Shown here piece after piece: positions 29,159-39,200 of a stretch of 64,000 nucleotides of DNA. Made by a program: the position numbers and the translations under genes. The number at the start of each line of letters is the position of its first letter. Position 1 is the first letter of the stretch. Under the pieces are notes generated by a model that was given only the letters and a program-made list of their open reading frames with translations, had not been told where the DNA came from and searched no databases. The DNA is taken from the NCBI GenBank assembly GCA_031264185.1, contig JAISEL010000035.1, positions 1 to 64,000 of the forward strand, in the 5' to 3' direction. Source of the stretch: Deltaproteobacteria bacterium. Lineage in GTDB: Bacteria > Desulfobacterota > Desulfarculia > Adiutricales > Adiutricaceae.

Positions 29159-32100
29159 ATGGGAAAAATAAAAAAATCCTCTCATGATAATTTAGCGGAC
29201 CGGATTGCATTTTTAGTAAGTTTCGCTTTATTGGCGGTTCTGGCTGTATTTCAGGCTGGCCCTGTCTACGGCCAGGCCGACATGACTGAAGTAACCAATT
29301 CTATGGCTGATTATTTTGGAACACTGACCGGCAAAGATCTCATAATCGGCACGAAAATTAAGGAAAGCAGCTCAAGCTTTCCTACTACTCCTGAGTCCTT
29401 TTATTACAGCGCTCAGTCCAATGCTGCTTTAACTGAGACAAGCAGCTTCAATAGAATTAGGATTGGCAGCCAGTCCAAAATGTTTACCGCTGCGGTTATT
29501 CTGGCTTTAATGGATACTAGTCACGATTTTAGCCTGGAAACCACCATAAATGAGCTGTTGGAGATCCAGGCGGTCAAGGACGCTCTGCCGGCCAACGCCC
29601 AAGAGCGCATCGGTCATTATGCCGTTAAGGATCTTCTGAATATGGGGACCGATGTCCCAAATTATCTGGCCGTGCCCTCAGATCCTGACCATCCTGATGT
29701 CCCGTTTGTGTATTACTGGCTAGCTAGTCAAGCTAACGGGGCCACTGGAGGTTACGGCTCGGTTGAAGGCTACGACGACGATGCGACTGTCTATAAAAAG
29801 TTAGCCGAACTGGCGCTTATCGGTCAGCCGATTCCGCCTTTGACTCCGCCTTACAATTCCGAGTATTCCAACAGCAATGCCGTGATCCTCGCCCTCATTG
29901 CCCAGGCTTTGACCGGGGAAGATTTTGGGCATCTTCTAGATGAGTACCTGAAATCCGAAAGTATCACAAGCACCATTCTGCAGAGTTCAGTCGGGGACAC
30001 TGGCGGCAATGAACATATGGTAGGCACCGACGGGGGGCCTAGGATAGTCAATTTGGATCCCAGACTGGCCTGGACGTCCGGGGCAGTGATCACGACCATG
30101 CCGGATCTCTTGAACTCCCTGAATAAATTTGTCTCGGATTCCAGAAGAACTGAAGATCAATATACCACGCTAATGTCCATGCATGGAATGCCAACCCACT
30201 ACGGTCTGGGTCTGATGACACTGGATTTCCAGGATTTCGAAGCCGGACCGGTGCTGGCCACCGGTCACGGCGGGGCTATACCCGGCAGCACTTCTTTTTC
30301 TGCCTGGCTGAGAACCCATGATCCGAACCAAACTCTTAATACCCTTTTAGGGGTGTACCTCAACGGCTCCACCATCCTGACCTCCGGCGGCATCTTGGCG
30401 TCCCAGGGCTCGGAATCCATGTTCGTTAGCATGGTCGAACACCTTTACCGCCAGTACCGGGCAGAGGAATACGGTATAGCACCAAACGTAAACGGCAGTG
30501 ATTATACCCTTATATATAACGGCGATCCCAGCGGCTATTCCAGCGGCAACAGCGCCGCAGCTGCAATTGCCGCCAGTAATCTCTCCTTTGAGCTGACCGG
30601 GACTCTGGCTGGAAAGTCAGCGGTGCCTTCCATCGCTTACCTTGACACGGACACCGTAAGTCCGGGCTATTTCGGGCCGGGGGGGCTGATAAACGGCATA
30701 ACCTCCGTCACCTTGGATCCGGTCTACACTTTTTACGGGAAAAACGACTTTGTGGCAGCAGGTCACGTTTCGGTGGCTTTAACAGTCGCTGGCGCTCTTT
30801 CAATGCCCTCTTGGGCCAGAATTGAAAGCTATGCCAACGGACAAACGGCCGGCCGCAGATTTAACCTTCTCAGTTTGCCGGCCGGTTCTACGGGAGATAT
30901 AAACGGTCAGGTCGCCGCTTACGGCAGCAATGTCCTGGCTGTCCGGGCCGGCAGAAATTTAACGGTAGGGGAGAGCGGAGTCATTGAGGCCCACGGGAAC
31001 AAGGCCGCCGCTCTTGAGCTTTCAGCCGGAAACGGCAATATCGTCAACGGCCGGATCACAGCGGTGGGTTCTGGAGTGGTCGGTCTGGAAGTAAGCCCCG
31101 GGGCCGGGGTTACGGTCGGCTCTAAAGCCCTTATCCGGGCTGACAGTTACGCTTTGTCGGCCAAAGAAGACAATAACAAGTTTGTATATCTGGCTTCTAA
31201 CGAAGAAAATGCCGCTACAGCGGCCCGAGTTTTGTCCGGGGGCAGTCTCACTGCAGATGGCGGGACAATTATGGCCCGGGCCGATTATCCGACCCCGGAC
31301 GGTATCGTCCATGACCCGGGAGGAACTATCGATCTGAATGATCCGGCCAGCAGCCTGAAAGCCGGGGTGCTGGTTACCGGCTTAGAGTCAAACGGCGGGG
31401 CCACGGCCTTAAAAAACAGGGCCCAGATTTCAAGTTACGGCCAGGCGGTCAGTTTTGTCGGAGGGACGAATGACTTTCAGGCCGAAGATTCCCTGATTCA
31501 GGGCTCTGTCTACAGCTTTCACATCAAGTCCAGCTTGGCTTCAAATGATTCAGTGCATTTAAATTTAGAGAATTCGGTAGTATTAGGCAAAATATATTCT
31601 GAGGCCCAAGCCGGTTCAGTCTCTGTAGAGGCCGACGCCCGAACCGTAATCTTAGGGTCAAGTCTGGATCAGCCGGTCATAGAGTCGTCAGGACGGCCGA
31701 TTGACCTGCAGTTCAGTCCAGGAACCACTATCGGTTGGGACACTCCCGAAATCCCGGAAATTGGGGAGGAGGTTACAGTGATTTCCGGGGCCGCGTCCTC
31801 GTCCGTTTTAGATGGAGTCCGGGTAGCCCTTGGGCCTCAGGGCGTTTTGGATTTCACTTTAAGGACCAATGGCGGAGGTCAGCTGGCTCTCCAGGTTTCC
31901 GGTCTTTCCGGAACTTACGGACGCAATGCCCTGGAGATTTACGAGGCTTTCAGGCAGCGGACCGCAGGCCGGTCCTCGGATGTCCGGCAGCTGGCTTGGG
32001 ACGCTTTGCAGGATGCCAACAATCTGGCCCCGGAAGGGACGGTCGGTCAGTATTACGCCGGTCTGGCAATGTTTCAGCAGCTGACCTATAAGGCCAATCA

Positions 32101-33037
32101 GGCCATTAAAAATAAGCTGCAGTCCTCCTTTGGGGCTTCTGACCGGACCCCGGCCGCCGGTTCCGAATCTGGAGCGGAAGGCAATTGGCTTATAGCGGTC
32201 AGTTACGGCCATTTTGACCTGGACCGGAAAAGCGTCAGAGCCTACAGCGGCTATGAAGTTAACGGCGATGCGGTGACTTTGGGCATAGGCCGCCTTTTAA
32301 TTCCAGGTGTCAGTCTGTCGGCCTATCTGGCTTTAGGTCAGTCTGAGACGGAATTTGATCACTTAAGGTTCGACATGGACAGCGATTTATTCATGGCCGG
32401 AGCCAATCTTGGGTTCCATCACGCAATCAGTCCGGACTTGAGCTGGAACCTCTACGGCGGCCTCTCAATCGGCCGGACTGACAATGATTACCGCCGCCGG
32501 GTCGGCATTGCTTTCCCCCAAGGTTACAGCGGGTCTTTTCAGCAGGATTACTTTGGCCTTAATGCTGAATTTAATCTCATTAAAAAAATCTCACCCCAAA
32601 CTTCTTTCATCCCAAAGATCAGCGTAAGTTACATTAGAGCCGAACAGGACGGCCTCAGGGAATCCGGCGGCCAAATTACCGCTTTGACTACTGATTCCTT
32701 TAAGACTGACACCATAAAGACCCTGGTCGGGGCGGCTTTAGCCCATGACTTTGAGGTTTCTGACCAGAAAATTTTGACTTTGAGCGGGGAAGTCGGCTGG
32801 GAACATACAGGCGGCGATCGCAACCCGACGGTCAGAGGTTATTTTACCAACTTTCCGGTGACGACTTTTGTCACCAGATCCTCAGAAAATCCCCAGAACG
32901 CCTTAAACCTGGGACTGTCTATGGAATTGAGCAACCGCTCAAATCTGGGAATGAGCCTGAACCTGGAGGCCGACTTCCAGGTGGCCGAAAAAGAGACCAG
33001 CCAGCAGTACGCTCTGACTTTTAAGTACGTATTTTAA
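29159..33037 (+). CDS. type Va autotransporter with N-terminal S12-family (beta-lactamase fold) serine hydrolase passenger, beta-helical stalk and C-terminal beta-barrel
   Basis: Signal peptide. SxxK (GSQSK), YxN (EYSNSN) and HGG..PG (TGHGGAIPG) motifs of class C beta-lactamase / D-aminopeptidase / ClbP-type S12 enzymes in aa 90-400. Gly/Asn-rich pertactin-like repeats 550-900. C-terminal 300 aa of alternating-hydrophobic strands ending ...YALTFKYVF (aromatic terminus). Confidence 0.8.
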   Translation: MGKIKKSSHDNLADRIAFLVSFALLAVLAVFQAGPVYGQADMTEVTNSMADYFGTLTGKDLIIGTKIKESSSSFPTTPESFYYSAQSNAALTETSSFNRIRIGSQSKMFTAAVILALMDTSHDFSLETTINELLEIQAVKDALPANAQERIGHYAVKDLLNMGTDVPNYLAVPSDPDHPDVPFVYYWLASQANGATGGYGSVEGYDDDATVYKKLAELALIGQPIPPLTPPYNSEYSNSNAVILALIAQALTGEDFGHLLDEYLKSESITSTILQSSVGDTGGNEHMVGTDGGPRIVNLDPRLAWTSGAVITTMPDLLNSLNKFVSDSRRTEDQYTTLMSMHGMPTHYGLGLMTLDFQDFEAGPVLATGHGGAIPGSTSFSAWLRTHDPNQTLNTLLGVYLNGSTILTSGGILASQGSESMFVSMVEHLYRQYRAEEYGIAPNVNGSDYTLIYNGDPSGYSSGNSAAAAIAASNLSFELTGTLAGKSAVPSIAYLDTDTVSPGYFGPGGLINGITSVTLDPVYTFYGKNDFVAAGHVSVALTVAGALSMPSWARIESYANGQTAGRRFNLLSLPAGSTGDINGQVAAYGSNVLAVRAGRNLTVGESGVIEAHGNKAAALELSAGNGNIVNGRITAVGSGVVGLEVSPGAGVTVGSKALIRADSYALSAKEDNNKFVYLASNEENAATAARVLSGGSLTADGGTIMARADYPTPDGIVHDPGGTIDLNDPASSLKAGVLVTGLESNGGATALKNRAQISSYGQAVSFVGGTNDFQAEDSLIQGSVYSFHIKSSLASNDSVHLNLENSVVLGKIYSEAQAGSVSVEADARTVILGSSLDQPVIESSGRPIDLQFSPGTTIGWDTPEIPEIGEEVTVISGAASSSVLDGVRVALGPQGVLDFTLRTNGGGQLALQVSGLSGTYGRNALEIYEAFRQRTAGRSSDVRQLAWDALQDANNLAPEGTVGQYYAGLAMFQQLTYKANQAIKNKLQSSFGASDRTPAAGSESGAEGNWLIAVSYGHFDLDRKSVRAYSGYEVNGDAVTLGIGRLLIPGVSLSAYLALGQSETEFDHLRFDMDSDLFMAGANLGFHHAISPDLSWNLYGGLSIGRTDNDYRRRVGIAFPQGYSGSFQQDYFGLNAEFNLIKKISPQTSFIPKISVSYIRAEQDGLRESGGQITALTTDSFKTDTIKTLVGAALAHDFEVSDQKILTLSGEVGWEHTGGDRNPTVRGYFTNFPVTTFVTRSSENPQNALNLGLSMELSNRSNLGMSLNLEADFQVAEKETSQQYALTFKYVF

Positions 33038-33044
33038 AAGTCTT

Positions 33045-33114
33045 CTGACTCAAGATAGATCCCTGCAGAACGATTTAGATCAAATGGGTCTGTCTTGAGT
33101 CCAGAATTTTTTTT
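33045..33114 (+). terminator. putative rho-independent terminator between the autotransporter gene and the NRPS
   Basis: About 18-bp imperfect stem (ctgactcaagatagatccc / gggtctgtcttgagtccag) followed by a T8 run. Confidence 0.45.
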
Positions 33115-33237
33115 CTGTAGTTAAATTTTAATATAGCTATCTCTTGAAATTGGGTTTATGTACTTTTCTTTAATAGTAATTGTTTTTAATTAGCTATTAT
33201 TTTATCAAATATATAAATAATGGATCAAATAAATTTA

Positions 33238-36200
33238 TGAATGAGATGTCTCTTCTGGAAGAACTTAAATCAATTGCTTTCAGCAATTTTGGGCTTAAAC
33301 CTGAAGAGATTTCTCTTGAGACCGGTATTCTGGAACTGGGTCTTGATTCACTGATGATCATTAAACTGGGCCGGGAAATTGAACGCCGCTTCGGTCTGAG
33401 CATTCCGGCCAGATGGTTTTTTGCTAACAGGCCTTCACTTAGGGAACTGGCCGTCTATCTGGCTGAACATATACCTCAGAGCAGTCCCGCGCCCGGCTCT
33501 CCGGAGAAGAATCCGGAATTGGCCTCTAAACCGGCTTATGATTCGGATTTAAAGTCTGCAGAGACCGGGATTCAGCCCTCCTCAGCCGGAAGTTCGGTTC
33601 TCGGCCCCCGGAAAGATGCAGAAGGGGCGGCTAAGTTCTCCCCGGACAGGAACAGGGCCGGCCGTCAGGCCGCCGCCAGGTTCCCTGAGCCCTGCCGTTC
33701 CCCAAAGCCCCCTCAGTCCTCTCAGGCCTATGACGGCCCTGCCGGGCCTTCCGGAGCCAGTTCCGATTCCGGCGGCGGCTTGACCGCTGACCGGCTGGCC
33801 CTGTTCAAGCTACAGATGGAGGCCATGAATGAGCTGTTCGCCGCTCAATGGCGCGGTCTGGCTGAAGCTCCAGTCAGAAGGGCCGCTGGAGATGATCAGG
33901 CCGGCTCAAGTAACGCCGGTGATCTAAGAGGCGGACACAGTTGCATAAAAAAGGAAGAGTTCCCCCAATCCCCGAAACCGGCTTCGGTGAGCCGTAATTT
34001 TAGAGGCTTCGTTCTGGAGGAAGAGCCGCTGTCGGACGAACAGCTGGCTTTTATCCGGGCCCTGACCGAACGCCATCTGAAAAGGACCCGAAAATCCCGG
34101 GAGCTTCATCAGGCCAGCCAGGCTTTGGCAGACTGGAAATCTTCTCTGCACTACCGTCAGATTTTAGGACAGCTGGCCTATCCTATTGCGGCCCACCGAA
34201 CCTACAGAGGCCGCTTTACTGATGTGGACGGCAATGATTATCTTGATGTCGCTCTGGGCATGGGGGTCAATTTTCTGGGGCACAACCCAGAGTATATAAA
34301 TCAGGCTGTCAGAGGACGTTTGGAAAGGGGCTACGGACTCGGCCCCCAGTGCGATCTGACCGGCCCGGTGGCTTCAGGGATAGCCAAACTGACCGGGCTG
34401 GAGCGGGTTTGCTTTTGCAACACCGGCTCTGAAGCGGTGATGTTTTCCTTAAGGCTGGCCCGGGCCAGGACCAAAAGACCTTTGATTGCTATATTCAACG
34501 GTTCTTACCACGGCACTTATGACGGCATTTTGGCGGAAGACGATCACGGGCGCACGGTGACCTACTCCCCGGGAACCCGACCGGGCATGGTCGAAGATGT
34601 CCTGGTCTTAAATTACGGCTCCGATGAGGCCTTGGAGGCCATTAAAGAAAATGCCGGCCGTTTGGCGGCGGTCCTGGTAGAACCGGTCCAGAGCCGCAAA
34701 CCCGCGCTTCAGCCCCAGTCCTTTTTGAGACGTTTGCGGAAACTGACTGAAGAATTCGGCATAGCCCTGATCTTCGATGAAATGATCAACGGTTTCCGGA
34801 TAGCTCCGGGCGGGGCCCAGGAATTTTTCGGCGTCAGGGCGGATATGGCTCTGTACGGCAAACTTATCGGAGGCGGTCTGCCCATCGGTGTAGTGGCCGG
34901 GGCGGCCAAATGGCTGGACGGCATTGACGGGGGACGCCGGGAGTACGGTTCCCCTTCGCCGGAGGTTATTGTTTTTGGCGGGACCTTTTGCCGGCATCCC
35001 TTAAGTCTGGCCGCTTCAAAGGCTGTCATTGAGCATCTGCTGGAGCAGGGGCCAAAGCTTCAGGGCCGGGTCGCCAAAATGGCCGACGATCTGGCCGCCA
35101 GTCTGAACCTGTGGTTTCAGGACAGCCAGGTGCCATTAAGATTATTTAATTTTGGGCCTCAGTTTATTTTTGAAGGATACGGGCCCTGGTCGGCTCTGGT
35201 TAACCCTTTGGAACTGGATCTGTTTTATCTGCTGCTTTTAGAAAAGGGAGTTTACGTCTGGGAAAGGCGGACTTGCAGCCTGTCGGCGGCGCACACCGCA
35301 GAGGAGTTGGATTTTTTTGCGGCCAAAGTCCGGGAAGCGGTCACGGAAATAAGAGACCGCGGCTTTGAGTTCGGGCCTGATCTGGCCTACGGGGCTCCGA
35401 AACTGCTAAGACCCATGAACTATATTCAAAAACGGTTCTATGCAATTTTTCAGTCCCCTAACGGTCAGGATCCCTATCATCTGACTGTGGGCTTCCGTCT
35501 GACCGGTCAGGTCCGGCCGGATCTTCTGGAAATAGCCCTGGGGCGTCTCATTGAGATTAATGAGGCCTTAAGATCAGACTTTCGGCATATCGGGTCAGAT
35601 TTAGTTTGCTATGCTAAACCTTGGGTGCCGTTTCACCTGATTCAAGAAAAAACAGACCCGAATACTCCCTTAAAATCCTTGGTTGGCCGGTTAACCGAAC
35701 CCTACAACTTGCAGCAGGCTCCTCTCTTTCGGGCCGGCTTATTCGACCGGGGCGAAGATTTCATCTTTATCCTGGATGCCTCCCACCTTATGATCGACGG
35801 CGCCGGATTAGGTCTGATGTTAGGTCAGTTAAATCAGCTGATGAACGGGGAGTCCCTGTCTCAGACTGTAAAATTGGCCGAAGTCGAAGAGGATTTGAAT
35901 CACTATTTGGGCAAGCCTGACAAAACTGCCGGAAACAAAGGGCCAAGTGAGGCTGACCTTAGCTACTGGAGCGAAAAGCTTCAGGGTTTGGAGCCTTTGG
36001 CCTGGCCTTTGGATTTTCCGGCTAAAAGCGGGTCTAAAACCGGCTGCCAGAAATGGTTCGAGGTCAGCGCCCAGCAGCTCCAGAGTTACCGGCAGACCGC
36101 CCGGAAATTCGGTTTGACTCTCAATATGCTCTTAAGCGGCCTGTATGTTCTGACCCTCCACCGCTTTACCGGCTCCTTAAGGCTTTGCGTGGCTTTAGCC

Positions 36201-39200
36201 CACAGCGGCCGCTTCACTGAAAAGTCGGAAGAGGCGATCGGCCTTTTTGTGACCACAGTCCCCCAGGATTTTCAAGTTGATCCTCAGGCGGGCTTAGAGG
36301 CTTTCTTTAACGGAATAAAGTTCAGCGCCTTAGAAGCTTTGGAGCACCCCCACGCCCCCTATGAGAGTTTAAGCAAAAGACTGGGTTTTTCTCCGGCTCA
36401 GTCTATGCTCAGTTATGAAAAAGGCGGGTTCAGGTGTCCGGAATGGCCCGGTGTAGAAGCCAGGCCGCTGGCGCTCCCGGCTAACGGGGCTATGTACGAT
36501 CTGTCTTTAGACATAGTGGAGATGAATGACGGCTTAAAGATTAATCTCATTCATTCCGAGGCCTTTCGGGGGGAAACTGCAGAAATCATAGGACAGTACT
36601 ATTTGGATTTGGCCCGGACCGTAACGGCTTTAACGGCAGGCCCTCTCTGCGAAGATCTGACGGTTTCCGAAGTTCTGGCTCAGTCCGATATTTGGGAAAA
36701 AAAAACTGGTCAGTTTCTGTTCAATGATCAAAAAACTCCGGCAGATTTCGATGTCATAGAAAGTTTGGCTGAATCAGCCCGGAAGTTCCCTCTTCGCCTG
36801 GCGGTGGCCGTCAGCGACCAGAGCTGGAACAACCTGACCTATGCCGAACTGAATCTTGCGGTCAGTAATCTGGCCTCGAACCTGATGATCCGGGGACTGG
36901 GCCCCGGCCCGCCGGTCGCAGTCTGCCTGCCGAGGATCCCGCTTTATGCCGTGACAATCTTAGGGCTGTTAAAGGCCGGTCTGACTTTTCTGCCTCTGCC
37001 TTTGCCGTGTCCGCCCCGGCGGCTGAACTTGATCTTAGCTGATTCCGGAGCCAGATATCTTCTGGCCCTGGATAAGCCGGCGGATCTGCCTGCGGAAGTC
37101 CAGTGGCTCGATCCTGGGGCTTTGGCTGATCTGCCGGTAACCACGGTGGCATCTTCGCCGGGCTCCCCGAGCCTCCCGGCTCAGAAGACGTCTGCCCCAG
37201 ACGATTTGGCCTACATTATCTACACTTCCGGCTCCACCGGCCAGCCCAAAGGGGTCATGATTGAAAGGCGCGGATTGCATAATCTTTTGGCCTGGTATTT
37301 AAAGGAGTTCAAGCTGACCGAAAACGACCGGGTCAGTTCTTTTGCCCCTTTTTCCTTTGATGCCTCAATTTGGGAGATATTCCCTCCTCTGATGGTCGGG
37401 GCCGAACTTCATATCCTGTCGGAAGAAGAGCGGCGGAACGGTCCAAGACTCTGGCAGTTTTTAAAGGACCGCCGGATTACTGTCTGCTATCTACTGTCTC
37501 AGGTGGCCGAACTTCTGCCGGGGGAGAGCCTTCCTGATTTAAGAATTCTGTTAAGCGGCGGCGACAGGCTTCACTTGAAGGAGCCGAGGGGCAGTTATCT
37601 TCACTACAACACTTACGGCCCAACCGAGTTTACGGTGACTTCCCACTTTTTCCGGCTGAACGGCACTTCGCCGGTCCCTATCGGCAAGCCGGTGGCTCAA
37701 AGTCAGGGTCTGATTTTGGACGGAGACGGACGGTTATGTCCGCCGGGAAGACCCGGAGAGCTTTGCTTGTCCGGACCCCAACTGGCCAGAGGTTATGCGG
37801 GGCGGGAAGATTTAACGGCCAAAGTCTTTGGGCCGAACCCTTTCCCGCCTAAAGACGCCCATGGTCAGGCCGTTGAAGGTTTTGCCAGGATGTACCGGAC
37901 CGGCGATCTTTGCCGCCTCCTTCCTTCCGGTGATATTGAATTTTTAGGCCGGTTGGACAGGCAGCTTAAAATCCGGGGTCATCGGATCGAGCCGGGAGAA
38001 ATAGAAGGGGCCATCTTACAGCACCCGAATGTCACCGAAGCCTTAGTCGTCAAAAGTTCCGGGCCCGGGGAAAAGCTGTGGGCTTACGTGGCGCCGGAAA
38101 CAGTGGATGTTTCCGGTTTGCGGAGTTTTTTAGCAGAGATCCTGCCGGACTATCTGGTGCCGGAGGGATTGACCCCGCTGGCGCGGCTGCCCTTATCCCA
38201 AACCGGGAAGATTGATGCGGCGGCGCTTCCTGACCAGACCGGCCGGAATGAGAGTTTTGAACCGCCTCAAGGTCCGGAAGAAGCGGTATTGGCTGCGGTT
38301 TTAGGGGAAGCGCTGAATTTGCCTGAAATTAGCCGGACCGCCAATTATTTTGCTCTGGGCGGGGACTCAGTGGGGGTGATTTCGGTCACCTCTAAATTAC
38401 GGGCCCGGGGCTACTCCCTGACGGCCTCAGATTTTTACCAGAGCGCCGGGTTAGCGGATTTGGCCAGGAAACTGAAAAAGCGCGGCTTATCTGACTTAAC
38501 TGGCCGGACTGGCTTAGCCGGCTTAAGCGAACCGGCGCCGGAGGGCGGTCCTGGAACGGGAGAAAGCCGTTTTGGGGGGGATTTTTTGAAGTCCTCCGGT
38601 CCCTCCAGGGCGTCGGCGGAAATTTCTTCCCGGCCTGAAGAGCCGGCCGAGGCGTCCGTTGGCGGCGGCTTCAGGGAAAGTCCGGTTGATTTTCCGGTCT
38701 ATCCGGCTGATTCGGTCTCAAAAGAGGTTAAAGATGAGATCGCCCGGTTTTACCAGGGCGATGTGGCCGCAGTCTGGCCGCTGTCTCCCCTCCAAAGATC
38801 GATCCTCAGTCAGATGGCCCTCTCCGGGTCCGGGGCCGATAAGGAAACTTATATAGAGCAGACCCACCTGCGTTTGCCGGACTCCAGTTCGTTTGCTCCG
38901 GACCTGCTCCGGAGCCGGTTAGAAAGATTATTGCAGACTGCGGATATTTTCCGTTTCAGCGTTTACCGCTCTTCTCCGGAAGCCCCGGTCCAGGTTCAGA
39001 GGAGGACGATCCCGGATTTAGCTGAAGTTTATTCGGAATTTGATTTAAGTGATCTTAGCGACCGCGGCATTCAGGAAAAAATCGTAACTTTCCGGAATGA
39101 GCACTTTCAAAGGCTTAGCAACATCTCTTCCGGGCCTCTTCTGGCTCTGACCCTGATAAAAAATAATCAGGCCGGTTTTGATTTACTGGCCTCAACCCAC

